Position numbers and translations under genes: made by a program. From Actinomycetota bacterium (GTDB lineage: Bacteria; Actinomycetota; Humimicrobiia; Humimicrobiales; Humimicrobiaceae), in the NCBI GenBank assembly GCA_034660395.1, contig JAYEJA010000064.1, positions 1 through 56,651 of the forward strand: DNA of 56,651 bases. The letters run 5' to 3'. Under the pieces are notes generated by a model that searched no databases, had not been told where the DNA came from, and saw nothing but the letters and a program-made list of their open reading frames with translations. This document shows, in pieces, positions 48,267-56,651 of the stretch. The first letter of the stretch is position 1. Each line of letters opens with the position of its first letter.

Positions 48267-49844
48267 TTATTCCGGTCTCAAAAGAGGAAAAAGAATCACA
48301 TCTCTTATGGAATTGCTGCCTGTAAGAATCATTACCAATCTGTCAATTCCAATACCTTCTCCGCCTGTCGGCGGCATCCCATATTCCATAGCTTTTATAA
48401 AATCTATATCTATCTTCCCCGTAATTCTTTCTTCTTCAAGCTTGCTCTTTGCCTGGTTCCTAAATCTATTCAGCTGTTCCCCAGGATCGATTAGCTCCGA
48501 GAATGCATTGGCAATTTCTTCTCCTCCAATAAAAAGTTCAAATCTTTCAGTCAGATTTTTATTCTCAGGATGCCTCTTTGCCAGAGGAGAAATTTCTATG
48601 GGGTAATCTTTTATAAAAGTAGGCTGTATAAGCTTCGGTTCAACCCGGGCTTCGAATATTTCATTTATTATTTTACCCTTCCCTGCCCCTTTATCAATCT
48701 CAATATCGAAACTGTCTGCAATAGACAGCAGTTCTTCTACTGTGTTATCAAAACTTACATCAACCTCAGCTATTTTACGGATAGATTCCAGCATGGTAAT
48801 TTTTTTCCATTCTCCGCCAAGATTTATTTTATCTCCCCTGTAAGTCGCGGTTAATTTTCCCCTGGATTCGCTGGCAACGAACTTTATCAACTTCTCCGTT
48901 ATATCCATCATATCATTATAGTCAGCATATGCCTGATAAAATTCCAACATGGTAAATTCCGGATTATGCTTGTAGGATATCCCTTCGTTTCTAAAATTCC
49001 TGTTTATTTCAAAAACTTTTTCAAAACCGCCTATGATTAATCTTTTTAAATATAACTCCGGCGCAATCCTTAAATAAAGGTCGATATCCAGCGCATTATG
49101 ATGTGTAACAAAGGGCCTTGCGGCAGCTCCTCCCGGAATAGACTGCAGCATGGGTGTTTCCACTTCATTAAAACCATTACTGCTTAGAAACTTTCTTATA
49201 GCATCTATAATCTTAATTCTTGCTAAAAATGTTTCCTTTACCCCGGGGTTCATAATGAAATCAAGATACCTCTGGCGGTACCTTAATTCCTTATCCTTCA
49301 ATCCGTGCCATTTCTCCGGAAGTATCCTTACGGCTTTGCTAATAAGCTCGAACCTGGAAACATTTATGGAAAGCTCTCCTGCATGTGTTACAAAAACATT
49401 TCCCTCCATGCCTGCCCAGTCTCCGATATCCAGATTCAGGAACTTGTCGTAGTTCTCTTTTCCAAGGTTCCTCTGGTTAACATAAAGCTGGATTTCTCCC
49501 GTAAAATCCTTTATATCGGCAAAAGCAGCTTTGCCATGTTTCCTGAAGCCCATCAGCCTGCCCGCTATTTTAAAAATGTATGTATCCTTATCACCGGCTT
49601 TAAGTTCTGCATATTTTGCTTTTATATCCGATATATTTGCGTTCTTTTCAAATCTGCCCTTATATATATCCCTACCGTCCTTTTTTAAGGCTTTCACCTT
49701 TTCAAGCTTCTTCTCAAGTGATTCAGCCAGGCGGCTTTCCGCATCTAACAAATACTCGCCTTTTGAAGTAAACGCACTGGTGCTTTCCCCGCTTTCCTTC
49801 TTTGAGGTATTACCTCTTCTATTTTCGTTTTCATTTTTCTTCAT
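48267..49844 (-). CDS. lysS: Lysine--tRNA ligase (class II)
   Basis: OB-fold, YRQRYLD, GGAAARPF, FRNEG, YGMPPTGG. Confidence 0.97.
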   Translation of the reverse strand: MKKNENENRRGNTSKKESGESTSAFTSKGEYLLDAESRLAESLEKKLEKVKALKKDGRDIYKGRFEKNANISDIKAKYAELKAGDKDTYIFKIAGRLMGFRKHGKAAFADIKDFTGEIQLYVNQRNLGKENYDKFLNLDIGDWAGMEGNVFVTHAGELSINVSRFELISKAVRILPEKWHGLKDKELRYRQRYLDFIMNPGVKETFLARIKIIDAIRKFLSSNGFNEVETPMLQSIPGGAAARPFVTHHNALDIDLYLRIAPELYLKRLIIGGFEKVFEINRNFRNEGISYKHNPEFTMLEFYQAYADYNDMMDITEKLIKFVASESRGKLTATYRGDKINLGGEWKKITMLESIRKIAEVDVSFDNTVEELLSIADSFDIEIDKGAGKGKIINEIFEARVEPKLIQPTFIKDYPIEISPLAKRHPENKNLTERFELFIGGEEIANAFSELIDPGEQLNRFRNQAKSKLEEERITGKIDIDFIKAMEYGMPPTGGEGIGIDRLVMILTGSNSIRDVILFPLLRPE

Positions 49845-49886
49845 TACTCAAAAAAATCTATATTGCCAATGTTAAAAATAATATTA

Positions 49887-50354
49887 TTATTTTATCTTTA
49901 TAATCTTCAACTTTTTAGTCTCTTCAGGGGTCTTAACAAGAACTTCGTCTCCTTCTTTTCTATTAAGGAGCACCATTCCCATGGGTGATTCATCTGAAAT
50001 TTTATTTTTATCGGGGTCTGATTCTATCGAACTTACCATCTTTAACTCTTTATTCCTTTTTTTATTTACATCCCTCACTATTACAATAGAGCCGATCTCA
50101 ATCAGCCCTTTGTTTTTTTTATTCTCAATAATTACATAATTGCTTAAAATTTCATTTATCTGCTCTATTCTGCCTTCTGTAAAGGCCTGCTCGTTCTTGG
50201 CATAATCATATTCGGAATTCTCAGCAAGGTCTCCGCCTGAATTTTTTGCTTCTTTAAGTCTTTCAGCTATCTCTTTGCGCTTGTTATCAGTAAGGTCTTT
50301 TCTCTCTTTAATCAGTTCTTCATATCCTTCTTTTGTAAGACGATACTCTTTCAT
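49887..50354 (-). CDS. greA: Transcription elongation factor GreA
   Basis: LTKEGY, GDLAENSEY, ISDESPMG. Confidence 0.95.
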   Translation of the reverse strand: MKEYRLTKEGYEELIKERKDLTDNKRKEIAERLKEAKNSGGDLAENSEYDYAKNEQAFTEGRIEQINEILSNYVIIENKKNKGLIEIGSIVIVRDVNKKRNKELKMVSSIESDPDKNKISDESPMGMVLLNRKEGDEVLVKTPEETKKLKIIKIK

Positions 50355-50492
50355 AGATTCCTTCCCCTTATTTCTTCATCATTTTATATAACTTTTTAAT
50401 ATTAGTCCCCACTATTGGAACTGTTAATAAGTTAATTATTTAATTGAGGTATTATATTGTATGATATAAAAGATGTCAAAAATAATACTTAA

Positions 50493-51275
50493 TTAACCAA
50501 ACCTTCCAGTTATATAATCCTCTGTTCTCTTATCTTCCGGATTTGTAAATATCCTGTTGGTATCACCGTACTCGATTAAGACCGCCGGCTCTCCAATCTT
50601 TTCAGTAAGTAAAAAAGCCGCTTTCTGTGAGACCCTTGCTGCCTGCTGCATATTATGGGTGACTATGATTATGGTGTAATTTTTCTTAAGTTCATCTATT
50701 AAATCTTCTATTTTTTGAGTTGATATCGGGTCAAGCACAGATGCAGGTTCATCCATAAGTATCATATCAGGATTTACAGCAAGCAGCCTCGCTATAAATA
50801 ATCTCTGCTGCTGACCTCCTGAAAGATCCATGGCATTTTTATTCATTTTATGCTTTACTTCATCCCAGAGCGCAGACCTTTTTAAACTATCCTCTACTAT
50901 TGAATCCAGCTGGCTCTTCGAATATTTTTTATGTAAACGCGGTCCAAAGGATACATTTTCATAAATTGTCTTTGGAAATGGATTGGGTCTCTGAAAAACC
51001 ATCCCAATTCTTTTCCTCAGGTCTACAACATCGATATTATCTTTGTATATATCGACATCATCAATTATTACCTGACCTTCCACGCAGGTGCCGGGAAGAA
51101 GCTCATTCATTCGATTGAAGGTTCGAAGAAACGTGGACTTTCCGCATCACGAAGGGCCTATTATCGCAGTTATGGAATTCTTTTTTATATCCATACTTAT
51201 GTCCGATAAAACTTTTACCGCACTGTAATAAAATCCAAAATCCCTTACTTTTATCTTTATTTCATCTCCGCTCAT
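50493..51275 (-). pseudogene. pstB: Phosphate ABC transporter ATP-binding protein with in-frame TGA in Walker A
   Basis: From ATG51275: ...[20 protein letters not shown]...[10 protein letters not shown]...LSGGQQQRL...YITGRFG. The TGA is at 51147-51149. Confidence 0.85.
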
Positions 51276-51333
51276 TACTTAATGACCTCTGATTTTTCCA
51301 GATGATATATTCTTTTAATATAAAAATTTTATG

Positions 51334-51792
51334 TTACTTTGCTAAATTGGCCTTATATTCCTCAAATTTTTTTGCCAGATCATCATTTTTCAGAGCAAGT
51401 ATCTGTATGGCCAGAAGTGCAGCATTCTCCGCCCCGTTTATAGACATGCACGCAACAGGAACTCCTGAAGGCATCTGAACTATGGAAAAAAGAGAATCCA
51501 GCCCGTTTAAACCTGCCGACTTAATGGGTACGCCTATTACCGGAACCGTCGTATGAGAAGCAATAAAACCTGGAAGATGAGCCGCTTTTCCCGCTCCTGC
51601 AATTATTACTTCTAAACCATTTGATTTCGCACCCAGCGCAAATTCCCTTGTTCTGTCAGGCATTCTATGAGCTGAAAGAACATTTACTTCACAACCTACT
51701 CCAAATTCCTCTAAAATATTTAGCGCTTTCTTCATTACATCCTTATCTGAAGTACTGCCCATCACCACAGCGACTTTTTTACCATCAGCCAT
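51334..51792 (-). CDS. purE: N5-CAIR mutase
   Basis: [32 protein letters not shown]. Confidence 0.96.
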   Translation of the reverse strand: MADGKKVAVVMGSTSDKDVMKKALNILEEFGVGCEVNVLSAHRMPDRTREFALGAKSNGLEVIIAGAGKAAHLPGFIASHTTVPVIGVPIKSAGLNGLDSLFSIVQMPSGVPVACMSINGAENAALLAIQILALKNDDLAKKFEEYKANLAK

Positions 51793-51798
51793 TATTAA

Positions 51799-53088
51799 TC
51801 ACTCACTCCTTTCTGCCTTTAATGCAATATCTTTTCTGTACTGTATTCCTCTGAATTTTATTTTCCCTATTGCTGAATATATCTTCTCTCTCGTCTCACT
51901 GAAACTGGCAGCTCTTGAAACAACACCAAAAACTCTGCCTCCATTTGTCACTATACTGCCGTCTTCCACTTTCGTGCCGGCATGAAATATAATGATATCC
52001 TTATCACTATTATAATTTTCAAGACCGCTGATTACATCGCCCTTTGATGAGCTCCGGGGATATCCTTCAGAAGCAGCTACGACACAAACACATTTGTTGC
52101 TATCCCATCTTACTTCTTTATTTTTTAGATTACCTTCTGCGCATCCCGTAAGAAGAGGCACTATATCATCCTTTAGTCTCGGCAGTATAACCTGTGTTTC
52201 AGGATCTCCAAACCGGCAGTTATATTCCAGAAGATATGGATCTCCATTGCTAATCATTATCCCGGCATACAATACACCCTTATATATTATGCCCTCTCTT
52301 ATCATTGCATTATATGTAGGAAAAACTATTTCATCTAAAATCCGCCCATACGTTTTATCATCAACCCTGGGAACCGGGCTGTAGCTTCCCATTCCGCCCG
52401 TATTTTTACCCCTGTCATTATCAAAAATTCTTTTATAATCCTGGGCCGGCGCCATTGGAATTATATTCTTACCATCACATAGACTTAACACGGATAACTC
52501 ATAACCATCCAGGAAGTCCTCAATTATCACACGGTTGCCTGCCGTACCAAATTTATTTTTTATAAAACAATCTTCCAGAGCTTCCATTGCCTGGTTTTTA
52601 TCCATGGCAATAACAACACCCTTCCCTGCTGCAAGCCCGTCAGCCTTTATAACAACGGGGTATTTCTTTCTTTCCTTTATGTAATCTTTCGCCCTATCAT
52701 AATCTTTTTTCCCCAAAACAATTCCACCGGGGACGGGGATATTATTCCTCTGCATAAACTCTTTTGCAAATACCTTACTGCCCTCTATCATGGCTGCTTT
52801 ACTGTCGGGACCAAAAACCTTAAGCCCCTCTTTATTAAAATAATCAACTATACCTTCTACCAGAGGCGCCTCCGGACCAACTACAGTTAAATCTATATCT
52901 TTTTCCCTTACCAGATTCGCAATCTCCTCAAAATTTTCCCTGGGTATGTCGATTTTGATACATTCTGCAATCCCGGCTATCCCTGCATTGCCCGGAGCAG
53001 CATATATCTTATCTACCAGAGGGCTTTTTGATATTTTCCAGGCAAGACAGTGCTCCCTGCCTCCACTGCCAATTACCAGTATATTCAA
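51799..53088 (-). CDS. purD: Phosphoribosylamine--glycine ligase
   Basis: GSGGREH, KADGLAAGKGV, NTGGMG, RFGDPE. Confidence 0.97.
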   Translation of the reverse strand: MNILVIGSGGREHCLAWKISKSPLVDKIYAAPGNAGIAGIAECIKIDIPRENFEEIANLVREKDIDLTVVGPEAPLVEGIVDYFNKEGLKVFGPDSKAAMIEGSKVFAKEFMQRNNIPVPGGIVLGKKDYDRAKDYIKERKKYPVVIKADGLAAGKGVVIAMDKNQAMEALEDCFIKNKFGTAGNRVIIEDFLDGYELSVLSLCDGKNIIPMAPAQDYKRIFDNDRGKNTGGMGSYSPVPRVDDKTYGRILDEIVFPTYNAMIREGIIYKGVLYAGIMISNGDPYLLEYNCRFGDPETQVILPRLKDDIVPLLTGCAEGNLKNKEVRWDSNKCVCVVAASEGYPRSSSKGDVISGLENYNSDKDIIIFHAGTKVEDGSIVTNGGRVFGVVSRAASFSETREKIYSAIGKIKFRGIQYRKDIALKAERSE

Positions 53089-53110
53089 CTTTTCTCCTTT
53101 ATTTACTTTA

Positions 53111-54439
53111 TTAAACTATAAGCGTTGACCTGCTATCCTGATTGAACAACCTGTCTTTTAAAATCTTATCTTTAATAATTACCCTGCTTCTTTCAGCTCC
53201 TACGCTTATCATAGAGACCGGGACCTTAAGAATTTTTTCAATCTTTTTTATATAATCCTTTGCCGGGACTGGAAGGTCTTCAAATTCCTTTATTTTACTT
53301 ATATCTTTATCCCAGCCCTTAAATTCTTCATATACGGGTTCGCACTTATGCAAAATTGTCTGGTGGCCGGGCATATTCTTATAAACCCTGCCATTATATC
53401 TGTAACCGGTGCATATCTTTATTTTTTTCAGTCCACTGAGTACATCAAGCTTTGTAAGTGCAATGCTGTCAAAAGTATTTATCATAGAGGAATATTTCAA
53501 TATAACCGTATCAAGCCAGCCGCATCTCCTTGCCCTGCCTGTTGTCGTGCCGTACTCTTTTCCTTTCTCTCTTAGATACTTACCGGTACTGCCTTCTTCT
53601 TCGGTCGGAAATGGTCCCGAGCCAACCCTTGTAGTGTATGCCTTTACTATGCCGATTATCTCATCCAGCCTGCATGGACCCACGCCCGCTCCGACACAGA
53701 TACCCCCGGCAATTGTTGAAGAAGAAGTTACATAGGGATAAGTTCCATGGTCGATATCAAGCATCGTTCCCTGGGCTCCTTCAAACAGTACCCTTTTATT
53801 TTCCTCAAGCGCCTTACTTATGAGAAAAGTGGTATCCACAATATATTTCCCAATTCTTTTCGCATATTTTTTATACTGGTTAAAAACCTCATCCGGATCC
53901 AGCGGTTTAAGGCCGTAAATTTTCTCCAGTATGGTATTGTTTAACTTTAAAGAAGCATCCAGCTTGGTCCTGAATATCTTTAGATCCTGCAAATCCTGTA
54001 CTCTTATACCCCTTCTTAATGCCTTATCGGCATAAACAGGCCCGATTCCCTTATGAGTAGTTCCTATCCTGGATTTACCCAGCCTGTTCTCAGCCGCTTT
54101 ATCCATAATTATATGATAGGGCATAACCAGGTGAGCATTACAGCTTATTCTTAAGTTATCTGTTTTTATCCCCTTGCCTTCCAGCTCATCCAGCTCACTT
54201 ATTAAAACCTCGGGATTTAATACCACACCATTTCCTATAACACAGGTTACATCAGGATATAAAATCCCTGATGGTGTTAAATGAAGCTTAAAATGGTCAT
54301 CTCCCTTCACAACCGTATGACCGGCATTATTTCCTCCCTGGAATCTGACCACCATATTCACATTGTTTGAGATTAAATCAACTATCCTTCCTTTTCCCTC
54401 GTCACCCCACTGTGAGCCGACAATTGCTATACCTGGCAT
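53111..54439 (-). CDS. purA: Adenylosuccinate synthetase
   Basis: QWGDEGKG, GGNNAGHT, GTYPYVTSS, TRVGSGPF. Confidence 0.97.
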   Translation of the reverse strand: MPGIAIVGSQWGDEGKGRIVDLISNNVNMVVRFQGGNNAGHTVVKGDDHFKLHLTPSGILYPDVTCVIGNGVVLNPEVLISELDELEGKGIKTDNLRISCNAHLVMPYHIIMDKAAENRLGKSRIGTTHKGIGPVYADKALRRGIRVQDLQDLKIFRTKLDASLKLNNTILEKIYGLKPLDPDEVFNQYKKYAKRIGKYIVDTTFLISKALEENKRVLFEGAQGTMLDIDHGTYPYVTSSSTIAGGICVGAGVGPCRLDEIIGIVKAYTTRVGSGPFPTEEEGSTGKYLREKGKEYGTTTGRARRCGWLDTVILKYSSMINTFDSIALTKLDVLSGLKKIKICTGYRYNGRVYKNMPGHQTILHKCEPVYEEFKGWDKDISKIKEFEDLPVPAKDYIKKIEKILKVPVSMISVGAERSRVIIKDKILKDRLFNQDSRSTLIV

Positions 54440-54443
54440 TTTA

Positions 54444-55853
54444 TTAACCCCCCTCTTCAGTCTGGTATGACTTACTTAGATTTGAAAACAGCGCAAACTT
54501 CTTATTGAAATGCATGTTAATTTTTCCCGTAGGACCGTTCCTGTGTTTTGCCACTATGATTTCGGCTTTTTCCGTATGCCTGTTTTCATCTTCCTGGTAA
54601 TAATCATCCCTGTATATAAACACTACAAGGTCTGCGTCCTGCTCAATAGAGCCTGATTCTCTTAAATCCGCAAGAAACGGCCTTTTCTTATCTCTCTTCT
54701 CTACTTCCCTTGAAAGCTGGGACACTGCTATAACTGGTACATTTAACTCCTTGGCAATACCTTTAAGATTTTGTGATATCTCGGTTATTTCCAGAACTTT
54801 GTTCCCTCTGTAATTTGAAGTGGACTGCATCAGCTGCAGGTAATCAACAATTACAAGTTTAACGCCGCTTGTACTGACCATCATGCGGGCCCTTGCCCTG
54901 AGGTCCATTACATTTAAAAATGCGGTATCATCTATATATATTTTACACTCCGATAATCTTTCAACCGACCTTGCAAGCTTCGACCATTCTTCATCCCTTA
55001 TCTTGCCCCTTCTCAGGTCCTTAAGGTTTATCTTCGATTCTGCACTCATCATTCTCAGTGCTATCTGTTGTTTTGACATCTCTAAGGAGAAAATAGCCAC
55101 AGGCAGCTTCTCCCTCATGGCAATATTTTTTGCCATTCCAAGTACTAACGAGGTTTTCCCCATTCCCGGTCTTGACGCTATCACAATTAAGTCGGAGTTC
55201 TGGAAACCGGAAGTCATCTGGTCATAATCTACATAACCGGAAGGTATTCCCGATATATCGGAATCACCTTCATGCAATACTTCTATAAGCTCATATGCCT
55301 CTGATACCAGGTCTTTCATTACTGCACTTCTATCCCCGGAGCTGCCTCTGTTCAAATCCTTATACACTGAAAATACAAGTTGCTGGGCCTTATCCACAGT
55401 TGCCTGCAAATCTTCGGGAACTTCATATCCCATAGTTGCTATTTTGGTAGCTGCATAAATCAATTTCCTTAAAATTGAATAATTTCTTACAATTCTTGCA
55501 TAATACTCCGAATTAGCTGCGAGAGGTATATTACTTATGAGAGAGTGTATAAAAGTTTTTCCCCCTATTTCCTCAAGCAGCCCTTTCTTTTTAAGATGGT
55601 CAGCTACCGTTATGGGATCGGCGGGCTCCCCCTTCATGTACAGTTCTATTATTGAATTAAAAATTTCCTGATTGGATTTCCTGTAAAAATCTTCCGAATT
55701 TACCATCTCTATAACCGATAATATGGCATCTTTTGAAATTAACATAGCACCCAGGAGGGACTCTTCGGCTTCTATGTTATATGGCGGTATCCTTGCTAAT
55801 TTACTGGTATCAAGAGGAGAGATTTTTCTTTCTTTTTTAATTTGTTCTTGCAT
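54444..55853 (-). CDS. dnaB: Replicative DNA helicase
   Basis: PPYNIEAE, RPGMGKT, FSLEM, DYLQL, LRESGSIEQDAD, KHRNGP. No intein is evident. Confidence 0.97.
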   Translation of the reverse strand: MQEQIKKERKISPLDTSKLARIPPYNIEAEESLLGAMLISKDAILSVIEMVNSEDFYRKSNQEIFNSIIELYMKGEPADPITVADHLKKKGLLEEIGGKTFIHSLISNIPLAANSEYYARIVRNYSILRKLIYAATKIATMGYEVPEDLQATVDKAQQLVFSVYKDLNRGSSGDRSAVMKDLVSEAYELIEVLHEGDSDISGIPSGYVDYDQMTSGFQNSDLIVIASRPGMGKTSLVLGMAKNIAMREKLPVAIFSLEMSKQQIALRMMSAESKINLKDLRRGKIRDEEWSKLARSVERLSECKIYIDDTAFLNVMDLRARARMMVSTSGVKLVIVDYLQLMQSTSNYRGNKVLEITEISQNLKGIAKELNVPVIAVSQLSREVEKRDKKRPFLADLRESGSIEQDADLVVFIYRDDYYQEDENRHTEKAEIIVAKHRNGPTGKINMHFNKKFALFSNLSKSYQTEEGG

Positions 55854-55904
55854 AAACTATTTTTATGTCCAGAAACAGATTTTAGGTTATCTTTAATATT
55901 TTAT

Positions 55905-56558
55905 TTAGTCTTTACCGGTTTTATCCTTCTTATCTTCCTTCTTTTCTTCCGCTTTTATCTTTTTTGCTTTTTCTTTAACAGGCTTCTCTTCTTTCTCATC
56001 CTTATCTTCAGGCTCTTCTTCTTTGCTTTCCCCAAGCTTCTGCCTTTCCGCTTCTTCCTTTTCCTCTTTTTCCTTTTCTGCTTCATAGGCCTCTATTAAC
56101 GCCTTTGACTCCTCATCCGGCTCCACTTTTATTTTAACAGACGCCTTTATTTCCTTGTATAATTTTAAATCTATATCATATTCCCCCAGCTCTTTTATAT
56201 GTTCCTGCAGGTCAATTTTTTTTCTATCAATATCTATATTTTTTTCTTCAGAAATTTTTTCCGCAATATCTTTATTTGTTATAGAACCATACAGCTTGCC
56301 TTCCCCGCCTGTCTTTACAACAAATACAACCTTGAGGTCCTCCAGTTTCTTAACAAGCTCCTCGGCTTCCTTTATATTCCTGGCTTCAACTTTTATAGCT
56401 GCCTGCTTGACGATTTTCATTTGATTTATATTCCCCCTGGTAGCAGGAACAGCAATGCCGTTGGGTATTAAATAGTTATTTGCATATCCGGACTTTACTT
56501 CTACTTCGTCTCCGACATCGCCCAGTTTCTCATGATATTTAGTAAGTATAATTTTCAA
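55905..56558 (-). CDS. rplI: 50S ribosomal protein L9 with charged C-terminal extension
   Basis: LG..GD.VEVKSGYANNYLIP, GKLYGSIT; TTG start after AGGAGG. Confidence 0.95.
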   Translation of the reverse strand: MKIILTKYHEKLGDVGDEVEVKSGYANNYLIPNGIAVPATRGNINQMKIVKQAAIKVEARNIKEAEELVKKLEDLKVVFVVKTGGEGKLYGSITNKDIAEKISEEKNIDIDRKKIDLQEHIKELGEYDIDLKLYKEIKASVKIKVEPDEESKALIEAYEAEKEKEEKEEAERQKLGESKEEEPEDKDEKEEKPVKEKAKKIKAEEKKEDKKDKTGKD

Positions 56559-56609
56559 ATTTTCCTCCTATCTTAACTCTTTCTTTCCGCTCTTATTTTT
56601 CGTTTAAAA

Positions 56610-56651
56610 TCAAACTAACTTTTTTCTCTTCAATCTCCTGAAATTTACCCA
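56610..56651 (-). CDS. C-terminal end of an upstream gene, possibly YybS/DUF2232 membrane protein (partial)
   Basis: Reads WVNFRRLKRKKLV*. The 'W.xFR' ending and the position upstream of rplI-dnaB fit YybS. Confidence 0.4.
   Translation of the reverse strand, partial: WVNFRRLKRKKLV

Noticed and set aside
51147-51149. TGA as Gly (genetic code 25) or selenocysteine in pstB
   Set aside because: TGA terminates many genes here (M23 peptidase, pknB, fabG, rlmB, malic enzyme) and no other conserved gene shows an internal TGA. The position is a Gly rather than a Cys, and no convincing SECIS hairpin follows.
127-56471. Numerous 60-170 aa track ORFs antisense to or nested in recognised genes and tRNAs (e.g. 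2160-2579, 3747-3986, 10866-11057, 16181-16627, 45440-45958)
   Set aside because: Shadow ORFs of well-supported genes, with Ser/Phe/Ile-rich antisense composition and no motifs.

Overview
AT-rich bacterial chromosomal window, translation table 11 (TGA is used as a stop). Most of it is housekeeping DNA on the minus strand: rplI-dnaB-purA-purD-purE, greA-lysS, mcsA-mcsB-clpC-disA-ispDF-gltX-cysE-cysS-rlmB-yacP, a fatty-acid/biotin region (fabZDGF-accDA, birA, bioY, accB fusion, accC, acyl-CoA dehydrogenase with etfBA), prpC-prkC, malic enzyme, ychF, pheA, serS and three tRNAs (Ser-TGA, Ala-GGC, Leu-CAG). A Firmicutes-like gene order with an actinobacterial-style ClpC N-terminus suggests an anaerobic, low-GC, deep-branching Actinomycetota lineage; this is inference only. 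Non-routine signals read from the sequence: (1) the left end of an IS3-family element truncating a Lon-type protease at the window start; (2) a 63-bp duplication that includes the tRNA-Leu 3' end and encloses a GC-rich structured cassette; (3) a decayed accessory island with a HEPN-MNT pair, an unannotated RepA_N pseudogene and a toxin-first AbiE pair under a 48-bp palindrome; (4) an apparently inactive pyruvate-carboxylase carboxyltransferase domain fused to a complete AccB; (5) McsB and HD-GYP domains with degenerate active sites; (6) ychF, which lacks any ATG/GTG/TTG start and probably starts at AUU; (7) pstB with a TGA inside its Walker A motif. All calls come from motif recognition by eye; no database searches were run.
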